The translations under genes were made by a program, and so were the position numbers. The notes below the pieces were generated by a model, which saw only the letters and a program-made list of their open reading frames with translations, made no database searches and was not told the DNA's origin. Positions 1 through 8,035 of a stretch of 64,000 nucleotides of DNA are shown in pieces. Source of the DNA: Minisyncoccota bacterium (GTDB taxonomy: Bacteria > Patescibacteriota > Minisyncoccia > Phycocordibacterales > UBA9973); NCBI GenBank assembly GCA_041659785.1, contig JBAZXO010000001.1, positions 19,795 to 83,794 of the forward strand. The letters run 5' to 3'. The stretch's first letter is position 1; each line of letters begins with the position of its first letter.

Positions 1-141
1 CATGCTAGAACCAAAGCGAAAGAAATTTTTACTAATGCCTTACTTGGGCTCATTTATGCCGTAGCCGCTTTTCTTATTATTAGGACGATATTGTCAATCT
101 TAGGTTACAGTGGAAGCTGGATTGGCTTTAATCCTTTATAG
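1..141 (+). CDS. 3' end of a VirB2/TrbC-like pilin (partial at window edge)
   Basis: Frame 1 reads HARTKAKEIFTNALLGLIYAVAAFLIIRTILSILG...*, the same K-A-K-x3-hydrophobic helix pattern as the downstream pilins. Confidence 0.7.
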   Translation, partial: HARTKAKEIFTNALLGLIYAVAAFLIIRTILSILGYSGSWIGFNPL

Positions 142-176
142 CTATGATTATTCTTAATATAAGATATAATATAATT

Positions 177-548
177 ATGAAATTTATTAATAAAAATTTG
201 CATAGATTAGTTCTATTATTTTATGTTTTTCTTGTGCCTATTGTTTCTTTTGCACAAGGTCAAAATCCTCCTGCCAGCGCAGGGGGAAGAATTGAAAATC
301 CAATACCAAGGATAACTTCAATTCCTGTTCTTATTCATGATATTTTAGTAGGCGCAATTAAAATTGGCATACCTGTTATAGCGCTTGCTGTTGTTTATTC
401 TGGTTTTCTCTTTGTTTTTGCTAGAGGTAATTCAGAAAAGCTCGGAAAGGCCAAAGAAGCACTTATGTATACTTTGATCGGTGCGGCAATATTATTAGGG
501 TCATATGCTATAGCAAATTTGATAAATGCTACTGTGCAAGCACTATAA
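177..548 (+). CDS. VirB2/TrbC-like (T4SS-type) pilin, CPR type
   Basis: Signal peptide, two TM helices, GN-x-E-K-x-x-KAK-x-x-L-x-Y-x-x-IG motif; start moved to ATG 177 (TATAAT 6 nt upstream). Confidence 0.75.
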   Translation: MKFINKNLHRLVLLFYVFLVPIVSFAQGQNPPASAGGRIENPIPRITSIPVLIHDILVGAIKIGIPVIALAVVYSGFLFVFARGNSEKLGKAKEALMYTLIGAAILLGSYAIANLINATVQAL

Positions 549-594
549 GTTTATAAAGTTGAAAGTTATAAAGTTCATAAAGTAAACAAATAAT

Positions 595-1401
595 ATGAAA
601 AAAAAATTACTAAAATCTGTTTATAAGTTTTTATCAATATTTTCTTTTCTAGCTCTAATCCCAATTCTTACTTTTGCTGCAGGACCTTCATGTCCAGCTA
701 GTGGTATAGGTAAATTAATTTGCCAAATACAAAATATTCTTAATTCGATCATACCTGTCCTCGTATCACTTGGTGTAGTTTATTTTATATGGGGGGTGGT
801 TCAATATGTTATCGCTGACGGAGAAGAAGCAAAAAAGAAAGGCAAGGACATAATGATTTATGGAGTCATAGGTTTCACTGTCATTGTGGGCTTGTGGGGA
901 TTTGTGAATATACTTGTTAATACCTTTGGCCTTAGTGGAACAGTCGCTCCATCTCTTTCACCGGTAGCTGGTACGAGTTCTACTTGTACCATGGGAACCA
1001 ATTTTCAAGGTGTTTTGGGTTATGTAACTTGTATTATAAATAATTCTGTAATTCCTCTTATCTTTGCTTTGGCTACCGTGATGTTTATTTGGGGTGCTGT
1101 TAACTTTTTTATAATCAATGCTGACGAAGAAGCAAAGAGAGCTCAGGGCAAGCAGTTCATGATTTGGGGGATTATTGCTCTTGCTGTGATGCTTTCTGTT
1201 TGGGGGCTTGTGGGTATACTTAGTAGTACTTTTGGAGTAAATAGTTCAATTCTACCTCAAGTAAGACCTCCAGGCTCTAGCTCTTCGACGAGTGGAGGTC
1301 CTACAGATACAGGTGGAGGAAATACAGGGGGTGGTAATTTTTGCTATGATGAATTTGGGCAAATCACATCTACTATACCTATAAATGGAACTTGCCCCTA
1401 A
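595..1401 (+). CDS. Tandem two-domain VirB2/TrbC-like pilin with Cys pairs and a Gly-rich tail
   Basis: Two repeats of FIWG...ADxEExK..GK..MI(Y/W)GxI.. Confidence 0.75.
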   Translation: MKKKLLKSVYKFLSIFSFLALIPILTFAAGPSCPASGIGKLICQIQNILNSIIPVLVSLGVVYFIWGVVQYVIADGEEAKKKGKDIMIYGVIGFTVIVGLWGFVNILVNTFGLSGTVAPSLSPVAGTSSTCTMGTNFQGVLGYVTCIINNSVIPLIFALATVMFIWGAVNFFIINADEEAKRAQGKQFMIWGIIALAVMLSVWGLVGILSSTFGVNSSILPQVRPPGSSSSTSGGPTDTGGGNTGGGNFCYDEFGQITSTIPINGTCP

Positions 1402-1522
1402 AATTTGTAAGATGTATAATTAAAAGATATTATTAGTATTATAAGGTCGCGTTTCCGCCAAAGGCGGATAAAATTATTAGAAGATTATTATTAGCTTGCC
1501 CGTCCTTTGGCGGGGAAAAAAT

Positions 1523-1912
1523 ATGAAAAAGAAATTAATTGTGTTGTCAGGTTTTGCTTTGAGTTTAGCTCCGGTTGCTGCATTCGCACAAGTTAGTGCT
1601 GTAAGTGGGAACAGTTGCCCTCCTGGTTTAGCAGTTACAGATTTGCCAAGTTTGTTGTGTAAAATTGGCTCACTTCTTAATGCTGTCGTTCCTGTTTTAA
1701 TTGCTTTGGGTGTAGTTTATTTCGTATGGGGAGTTATCACTTATGTTATATCAAGTGATGAGGAAGCAAAGAAAGCTGGTAGAGATAGAATAATCTACGG
1801 TATCATTGGCTTGGCTGTCATTATTGCTATGTGGGGACTTGTAGGTATTTTGACTAAAACATTCAACGTAAGTAACTCTGGTACAATTACTCTACCAACA
1901 TTGAATCAATAG
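1523..1912 (+). CDS. VirB2/TrbC-like pilin
   Basis: MKKK signal peptide and FVWGV...DEEAKKAGRDRIIYGIIG; the ORF-track upstream extension is a palindromic repeat. Confidence 0.75.
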   Translation: MKKKLIVLSGFALSLAPVAAFAQVSAVSGNSCPPGLAVTDLPSLLCKIGSLLNAVVPVLIALGVVYFVWGVITYVISSDEEAKKAGRDRIIYGIIGLAVIIAMWGLVGILTKTFNVSNSGTITLPTLNQ

Positions 1913-1929
1913 ACTGTTAATTTTTTAAA

Positions 1930-2253
1930 ATGGATTTATTTTCTACAAAAATAGCTTTTGCTGCTTCGACTACCTTTGATGGATTCATCGGGAATGTTGA
2001 TACGATGATTGTAAATCCTCTTATTGATCTTTTGTTTGCTTTAGCAGTTGTGTATTTTCTTTATGGTGTATTTGAATTTCTTTCAAATCAAGAAAATGAA
2101 GAGAAAAAAACGACTGGTAAGCAACACATGATCTGGGGTATCGTCGGTATTACTATTATGTTAGGAGTCTGGACTATCCTAGGTATTGTTCTAAAAACTC
2201 TCAACATACAAGGTATAGATCCAGAAAATAGTAAAGTTCAACTTACTCCTTAA
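1930..2253 (+). CDS. VirB2/TrbC-like pilin
   Basis: FLYGV...ENEEKKTTGKQHMIWGIVG motif. Confidence 0.75.
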   Translation: MDLFSTKIAFAASTTFDGFIGNVDTMIVNPLIDLLFALAVVYFLYGVFEFLSNQENEEKKTTGKQHMIWGIVGITIMLGVWTILGIVLKTLNIQGIDPENSKVQLTP

Positions 2254-2284
2254 GTTTTATTTTGTAGATAAAAATAAATAGAAA

Positions 2285-2316
2285 TAAAAAAGGCGACCCT
2301 GATGGGGTCGCCTTGT
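2285..2316 (-). terminator. Intrinsic terminator of the SPFH island
   Basis: AAGGCGACCC-TGATG-GGGTCGCCTT hairpin with a U-tract on the minus strand. Confidence 0.7.
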
Positions 2317-2347
2317 GTTTGGTGTGAACCAAACACGATTCTGATGT

Positions 2348-2863
2348 TTATTGCCACCAACGGAAATAGATCTTTTCTCCTCCAAGAGGGTAGACGAGAT
2401 AATTTCCCGCTGGCATTTTCCACCACACTTCCTTCTTCGCCCCGATGAAAGGGCCAGTGTCGTCAAAGTAGATTTTCTTGTTTTTAGCAAAAACGTATCG
2501 TGCTGGCTGTGGTGAATCGTTTGGATTTTCACCACTAGTTGGACGAAGGTACGTTTTCATTGGGTCGATCCACGCTTCCAGCCCCTTCTCTTTTGTTGCA
2601 TAGCCTTCTCCTGAGGTTGGGTATTCGGGTGCCACTCTTGCTGGTAGCGGTGGTATTCTGGGCGTCGTGGTCGCCTTATAACTTTTGTAGGCATAAGAGA
2701 CAAAACACGATGTCATTCCCAGAAGTAGTGCTACTACCGCAAGCTTCGTAACGATTTCCATCCAGTTGATGGAAGGGATGTTAGGTCGTGAGGGTCGCCA
2801 TCCAGTTTTCACCATGATGGCGATTCCAACAATAACGATGAAAGCGATTATGCTTAATGTCAT
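2348..2863 (-). CDS. Hypothetical membrane protein (2 N-terminal TM helices), coupled to the SPFH gene
   Basis: 171-aa ORF; its ATG overlaps the SPFH stop codon and is preceded by a GGAGGTG SD. Confidence 0.65.
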   Translation of the reverse strand: MTLSIIAFIVIVGIAIMVKTGWRPSRPNIPSINWMEIVTKLAVVALLLGMTSCFVSYAYKSYKATTTPRIPPLPARVAPEYPTSGEGYATKEKGLEAWIDPMKTYLRPTSGENPNDSPQPARYVFAKNKKIYFDDTGPFIGAKKEVWWKMPAGNYLVYPLGGEKIYFRWWQ

Positions 2864-3864
2864 TTATCACCTCCAGTTTTCAGGCCGAGCATTGTGTTGG
2901 GGTTACCCAAGACTAGGGTGCCCTGTACTTTGGCAAGTTCTTTCACTGCTTCCGTTTGGACGCGAGTATTTGCATCTGGTACGAGCTCAGTAATGTTGCC
3001 TTGTTCATCAGCTTTCGCGAGACCTGTTTTTACTAGACGTTTTCTTTCAGCCTCTGCAGCGAGTTCTGTTACTTTTGCAGCACCTTCTGCGGTGTGTACA
3101 GTTGCCTTAGCTTGCTGTTCTGCCTCTTTGACTGAGGTAACGGCTTTATTAAGCTCATGAGAGAATACAATCTGTTTAATGTATGCTTCACTAAGCTTAA
3201 TACCTCCACCTCCTTCTCTTTTCTCTATCTCTTTCCTGAATTCTGTCTCGAGCGTTGCATTGGTGGTGTTGAGGTTTCGTAAAGCTTTGGCTGGAGTTAC
3301 TTTGGAGAAGTCCTCACTACAGACTCGAATTGCTCGATCGCTCATGACTTGTCTGACTTTATCGGTTGTTCCGAAAACTCTTCGGAATACCATCATGTCT
3401 TCGATTTGCCAGCTTATGACCGGCACAACCTCAGCGACCATTGGGATGTTATAAGGATCCTTCTTCTCTTCATCAGAATCTGAAGAGTCTACCGGTCCGA
3501 ATTTAATTCGAATCGGAGGGAACATGCCGTCTGGCACTTTTTCCTTGTCGTCATTGCGAAAGATTTTTTCAGGGTCGGCGGGAAGCTCGTCCTGAAAGAG
3601 ATTCGCTGTTTCTTTATAAACTTTTGAAATTCCCGCCGGGGCAAAATATAGCCCTGGTTTTAAATTGCTTACGGGTTTACCAAAAATCTCGATCATGGCA
3701 ACTTCATCAGTTTTGATTGTGCCAAAACTGAATACTAGATAGGCCGTAACTAATGCTAACAGAACTGCTCCCGTATTGACACCGTATAGATTTATCCCAC
3801 TGAGCATCAGAACGACGCTAACGATGAATAAAGCAATTAAAAGAGAACCTATAAAGAATCTCAT
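2860..3864 (-). CDS. SPFH/band-7 (stomatin/prohibitin-like) membrane protein
   Basis: N-terminal TMs, FGK...L-x-PGL-x-F motif, AE-rich coiled coil; start moved to ATG 3864 after an AAAGGA SD. Confidence 0.75.
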   Translation of the reverse strand: MRFFIGSLLIALFIVSVVLMLSGINLYGVNTGAVLLALVTAYLVFSFGTIKTDEVAMIEIFGKPVSNLKPGLYFAPAGISKVYKETANLFQDELPADPEKIFRNDDKEKVPDGMFPPIRIKFGPVDSSDSDEEKKDPYNIPMVAEVVPVISWQIEDMMVFRRVFGTTDKVRQVMSDRAIRVCSEDFSKVTPAKALRNLNTTNATLETEFRKEIEKREGGGGIKLSEAYIKQIVFSHELNKAVTSVKEAEQQAKATVHTAEGAAKVTELAAEAERKRLVKTGLAKADEQGNITELVPDANTRVQTEAVKELAKVQGTLVLGNPNTMLGLKTGGDK

Positions 3865-3969
3865 GGTATTTCCTTTCTTGCGCACGACGGCGCGAAAAGT
3901 GCTAAAGAGCACATTTGGTTGGTTTTATTCAATTTGCAAAGAATGGAGTAGAGACTTTTAACCATACGA

Positions 3970-3998
3970 ATTGTATCATAGAATAACAAAAAAGTCAA
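3970..3998 (-). promoter_or_regulatory. Sigma70 promoter for the SPFH island
   Basis: TTGACT-N17-TACAAT with an extended -10 TG. Confidence 0.7.
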
Positions 3999-4055
3999 CC
4001 CCGAACCAAAGCACAGCTTGGTACGGGGCAGGCCCCTTATGCGTTTTTAAACAAT

Positions 4056-4084
4056 AAAAAATCCCCTTAAAAGGGGATTTTTTA
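4056..4084. terminator. Bidirectional intrinsic terminator
   Basis: AAAAATCCCCTT-AA-AAGGGGATTTTT hairpin. Confidence 0.65.
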
Positions 4085-4094
4085 TTTACTTACG

Positions 4095-4847
4095 TTATGC
4101 GTGCTTCATTGGTGACTCGTCGTAGTTTTTCTTTGCACCAAAAAGTTTTCTAACCAAGATAACCAATAGCAAAATGATTATCGCAAACAAGATCCATTGT
4201 ATTAGACCAGAAGGCATAAAGCTGTTTGATCCGAAGATAGCATTGGATGCGAGGTTGCTGTAGTTTGAATTTGCATTAGTAGTTGTCGAATTTGTTGTGT
4301 TGGTTGTGTTCTTGGAAGTAGAGGTATTGGTATTTTTATTCGTATTACTTTTTGTTGCAGAAGAATTAGAGGTATTACTGTTTCCATTGCTATTAACATT
4401 ACCATTAGTGTTGTTGTTTCCTGTATTTGTATTTGCAGTAGCAACGACATTTCTTATAGTAAAGTAGGAAGCGTTAGAATATCCTCCACCTGGAGCCTCG
4501 TTGAAAACATTAACATAGAATCCATTACCATTAGAAAAATCATTTCCGTTTAATTGAACTTGGACATGAGAATAATCTATGAAAGTTGTATAACGATTGG
4601 AACCATTTACTCTAACGACGGAAGTAGGGATAAAACCACTTCCAGTAATAGTAATAGTGTTAGAAGTAATGTTTTCGTTTATAGAACTTGGACTAATTGA
4701 ATTAATTACTGGTGTTGGATTTTCAACAGAACTAGGTGTATACGCAAGCGTAGCAGAAGCCGTAGCTGGTATAACTAGTAAGCTGAATGCCAATATAGAC
4801 AATATTTTCAAGCCGAAAACTATTGAATTGTTGTTTGTTTTATTCAT
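4095..4847 (-). CDS. Cell-surface IPT/TIG-domain protein with an N/T-rich linker and C-terminal TM anchor
   Basis: Signal peptide; PVINSISPSS...ITITGSGF Ig-like motif; TTGACA-N17-TATACT promoter at 4884-4856. Confidence 0.7.
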   Translation of the reverse strand: MNKTNNNSIVFGLKILSILAFSLLVIPATASATLAYTPSSVENPTPVINSISPSSINENITSNTITITGSGFIPTSVVRVNGSNRYTTFIDYSHVQVQLNGNDFSNGNGFYVNVFNEAPGGGYSNASYFTIRNVVATANTNTGNNNTNGNVNSNGNSNTSNSSATKSNTNKNTNTSTSKNTTNTTNSTTTNANSNYSNLASNAIFGSNSFMPSGLIQWILFAIIILLLVILVRKLFGAKKNYDESPMKHA

Positions 4848-4896
4848 ATGGGGATAGTATAGCACTTATCCATATAAATGTCAAGTACCCTTATTG

Positions 4897-5022
4897 TTGT
4901 GCTGGAGGAGGGACTCGGTCACAAGTCATTGCTTGCTAGCAATGCTCGCGACCCCGCCTCGGCACGTCTGCCTCCGGCTTTCGAGTCCAAAAAATATACT
5001 TCGTATATTTTTGTATTTTTTG
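4897..5022 (-). repeat. Structured tRNA-trailer element ending in a duplicate of the tRNA-Leu 3' end
   Basis: 21-bp direct repeat at 4897-4917 and 5020-5040; internal hairpins. Confidence 0.75.
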
Positions 5023-5104
5023 TGCTGGAGGAGGGACTCGAACCCTCAAGCCTTGCGGCACTAGTTCCTAAGACTAGCGCGTATACCAATTCCGCCACTC
5101 CAGC
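5023..5104 (-). tRNA. tRNA-Leu(TAG)
   Basis: Cloverleaf with CTAGT-CT-TAG-GA-ACTAG anticodon arm, long variable arm and GTTCGAGTC T-loop. Confidence 0.95.
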
Positions 5105-5206
5105 AAAAAACGTTTTGTGGTCAGGCATAATTTTCTGCTGAAAATTTGCACGACCCTGGCTCGCGCCGTCGCGCTCCGCCTCGCAAAAAGTACATTAGTA
5201 CTTTTG
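5105..5206 (-). repeat. Second structured tRNA-trailer element (3' of tRNA-Lys)
   Basis: 37-nt GGTCA...TGCT...CGACC hairpin like that at 4917-4953, plus an AT hairpin next to the tRNA. Confidence 0.65.
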
Positions 5207-5279
5207 TGCGCCCAGGAGGGATCGAACCTCCGACCTTATCCTTAAGAGGGATCTGCTCTACCAGCTGAGCTATGGGCGC
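5207..5279 (-). tRNA. tRNA-Lys(CTT)
   Basis: GCGCCCA acceptor stem, CT-CTT-AA anticodon loop, GTTCGATCC T-loop. Confidence 0.95.
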
Positions 5280-5401
5280 ATATATATTTACACTACTTCA
5301 ACATACCTTCATTACTTAATCTAACGACCTACCAAAACAGCTATCGGCGCATGTATATAATCTACAAAACATCTATTTAATTTACAAAAAAGAACTATCT
5401 G

Positions 5402-5483
5402 TGCCCGGAGTGGGAGTCGAACCCACATCCCTTACGAGACACGATTTTAAGTCGTGCGCGTATACCAATTCCGCCATCCGGGC
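5402..5483 (-). tRNA. tRNA-Leu(TAA)
   Basis: CACGA-CT-TAA-AA-TCGTG anticodon arm and long variable arm. Confidence 0.95.
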
Positions 5484-5514
5484 AATTTCTAAAATATTCT
5501 AACATATTTTAGTG

Positions 5515-5586
5515 AGGCCTGGGGCGGAATCGAACCGCCGTATATTCCTTTTGCAGAGGAATGCCTTACCACTTGGCTACCAGGCC
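5515..5586 (-). tRNA. tRNA-Cys(GCA)
   Basis: TTCCT-CT-GCA-AA-AGGAA anticodon arm and U discriminator. Confidence 0.95.
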
Positions 5587-5608
5587 AACTATTGAAAGCA
5601 AAAGCTTT

Positions 5609-5670
5609 CCACCTAACCCTCTCCTTATGAAGGAGAGGGTGGCATCTTTAATAAGATGACGGGTGAGGTG
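5609..5670. repeat. CCCTCTCC...GGAGAGGG palindromic repeat (DUF559-flank family)
   Basis: ACCCTCTCCTT-ATG-AAGGAGAGGGT hairpin followed by GGGTGAGG. Confidence 0.7.
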
Positions 5671-5678
5671 TATTAATC

Positions 5679-6011
5679 CTAACCATTTCGCAGCAGTTCG
5701 TCAATTTTTTGACGATTTTTTTCTCCTTTATCTATTTCTATATCAATAAACGGAATTACTTTTATTGGCATATTCTTTTTTAAGAAATCACGCAACTCAG
5801 CTCTTTTACGTTTTGCGAATTCTAATGCGTCATGTTCTTTTGCGGTAGGTAAGACTGTTATAAATATGGTTGCACGTTTTAGGTCAAGGGAGGCATTGGC
5901 ATACGTGACGGTTATTAGAGAAGTTCTATTGTTCTCACGTCCTAGAAACTGAGCAGAGAGCTCTTTTATTTGATTTGATACTTTTTCAATTCTGTTGCTG
6001 TTTTCAGACAT
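5679..6011 (-). CDS. rbfA: Ribosome-binding factor A
   Basis: R-x-x-KV...LITVT...SLDLKRATIFITV motif; lies downstream of infB. Confidence 0.9.
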   Translation of the reverse strand: MSENSNRIEKVSNQIKELSAQFLGRENNRTSLITVTYANASLDLKRATIFITVLPTAKEHDALEFAKRKRAELRDFLKKNMPIKVIPFIDIEIDKGEKNRQKIDELLRNG

Positions 6012-6012
6012 A

Positions 6013-7530
6013 TTACTTTTGTATTATTGAGAATGATTCGAGTACATCTCCAGCGACGACTTCTATTTTTGATTCAATCATCATTCCGAATTCAGATCCT
6101 TCTTCGACGGTGCTTGTTTTTATTTTATTTTTTTCTAAGTTAATGATTTTTGCACGACCAATTTCAAATTCTCTGCGCATTATTCTGACTGTACTGTTTA
6201 AGTTAATTTGTCCAACGGTAACTTTACCTCCCACTATTTGGCGTTCTTTTGTGCGGCTAAAAGCTCGAATAATCTTTGCGCTCCCTGTTGTCTCCATGGT
6301 TTCAATCTTGGGCCTTCTTATTTCCATTTGTTCTTCCAGCCATTCTGTCATTTTATAAATGATTTCAAAGTATGAAATAGTTATTCCTCTTTTTTCTGCT
6401 ATTTCTAGCGCGCTTTTATCTGTCTTTACATTAAATCCGATGACGAGCGCGTCTGCACCAGAAGATACTCCTTTTATATCAGATTCAGAAATGGGTCCGA
6501 TGCCTTTTACCACGATTTTAAATTCAGCATTATCGTTCTGTATTTTAGTGATTTCTTTTTCAATAGCCTCGATAGAACCTGAAACATCTGCTTTTAATAT
6601 TATAGGTATAATTTTTTTTTCTCCCCCTTGAGAAGGGGGAGTGCCCAAAGGGCGAGGGGGTAATTTTTCTTTCCAATTTTTCACACATTTTTCAGCATCG
6701 CTCTTTTTTTGAAAAGTTTTAAATTGTGCTCCAACTCTAGGCATTTTGTCGAAGCCCACAACACGCACCGGGGAAGAGAATGTAGCTTCATCGATTGATT
6801 TCCCCAGGAAATTTTCGATTATTCGAGTAGAGCACATAGTGTCTTCTACAACGACTGTCATACCTTTTTTAATTGAGCCATTTTTAATGACCAAGGTAGC
6901 CATTATTCCACGCCTAGAATCTAAATTTACTTCAATAACAAAACCAGAAGCGTCAGCGCTACTGTCACCGGTTAGATTTTCCATATCAGCTAGAATTAGA
7001 ATGAGTGATAGTAAATCATCCACGCCTGTGCCGACTTTTGCTGAAATTTCTGCAAATGGAACCTTGCCACCATAATTTTCTAGATAAATTTCATTTTCTG
7101 CTAATTCCATTTTTGTCTTTTCGACATTAGCACCTGGTTTATCTATTTTATTTATCGCGACGATATAAGGAATTTTAGATTCTGTAATAGTTTTCCAAGC
7201 TTCAATCGTCTGAGGCTTTACTCCATCTTCGGCTGACACTACTAAGATTGCGATATCAGCTATTTCTGCACCGCGTTCTCGCATTTTCGAGAAAGCTTCA
7301 TGCCCAGGTGTATCTAAGAAAGTTATCTTTCTATTTTGTCCATTTTCATCTTTATGAATAACTTCATAAGCAGAGATTCTCTGAGTTATTCCACCAGTTT
7401 CATTTTCAGTAATGTTTGTTTTTCTAATGTAGTCTAATAACGTAGACTTTCCATGGTCGATATGACCCATGACAGCCACTACTGGCGGATGTGCTATTAT
7501 TTGATTTTCTTTTTGTTTGTTTTTATCCAT
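6013..7530 (-). CDS. infB: Translation initiation factor IF-2 (short form without the N domain)
   Basis: [39 protein letters not shown]. Confidence 0.97.
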   Translation of the reverse strand: MDKNKQKENQIIAHPPVVAVMGHIDHGKSTLLDYIRKTNITENETGGITQRISAYEVIHKDENGQNRKITFLDTPGHEAFSKMRERGAEIADIAILVVSAEDGVKPQTIEAWKTITESKIPYIVAINKIDKPGANVEKTKMELAENEIYLENYGGKVPFAEISAKVGTGVDDLLSLILILADMENLTGDSSADASGFVIEVNLDSRRGIMATLVIKNGSIKKGMTVVVEDTMCSTRIIENFLGKSIDEATFSSPVRVVGFDKMPRVGAQFKTFQKKSDAEKCVKNWKEKLPPRPLGTPPSQGGEKKIIPIILKADVSGSIEAIEKEITKIQNDNAEFKIVVKGIGPISESDIKGVSSGADALVIGFNVKTDKSALEIAEKRGITISYFEIIYKMTEWLEEQMEIRRPKIETMETTGSAKIIRAFSRTKERQIVGGKVTVGQINLNSTVRIMRREFEIGRAKIINLEKNKIKTSTVEEGSEFGMMIESKIEVVAGDVLESFSIIQK

Positions 7531-7534
7531 AAAT

Positions 7535-8011
7535 TTATACCCTTGCTTTCTCCAGAGCTTCTTTTTCTTCAGCGCTTAATTCGTATTCGGATTTTCCATT
7601 TTTGATAGGTTTTGCAAATATGCTCATCCTCTCGCGAGAATATAAACTCGAAATCACTAAACCATTACCTTCTTCATTTAGCATTCCGATAGCGAAGCTC
7701 TGGTTGCTGCCTTGATCTGGAAATGGGTTGAAGCGTATCGTTTCAAGTCCTCTGACACTTTTTCTTAATTTAGAATTTATTGAAACAATATTTTTTTCAA
7801 TTTCTTCTTTTGATTTATTTAATTTATTTATTTCAGTTTCTAGGAGAGCGATAGTTTCCTCTAAATCTTTTGCTTTTTTACCAAGGAAAAATTTTTTTAA
7901 GCGTTTTTCGGTAACGATTATCCAAATAGCACATAAAAGATTGCCAAGAAAAGCAATTCCACTTAAAACAAAAAAAGCCAAGAAAAACATATTGTCGAGC
8001 TTTATATTCAT
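7535..8011 (-). CDS. DUF4446-like membrane-anchored coiled-coil protein
   Basis: TM + coiled coil + RFNPF..GSNQSF..G..ISSL.SRE...K...LS.EE motif. Confidence 0.75.
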   Translation of the reverse strand: MNIKLDNMFFLAFFVLSGIAFLGNLLCAIWIIVTEKRLKKFFLGKKAKDLEETIALLETEINKLNKSKEEIEKNIVSINSKLRKSVRGLETIRFNPFPDQGSNQSFAIGMLNEEGNGLVISSLYSRERMSIFAKPIKNGKSEYELSAEEKEALEKARV

Positions 8012-8035
8012 ATCGTTTCAATATATACTATTTTT

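Noticed and set aside
546-590. TAAAGT-like short tandem repeats (and a reverse version at ~10125-10165)
   Set aside because: Degenerate low-complexity spacers with no unique spacer sequences; not CRISPR
4878-5141. ORFs 4878-5141(+) and 4919-5128(-)
   Set aside because: They overlap tRNA-Leu and its duplicated end; the repeated VLEEGL peptide just reflects the DNA repeat
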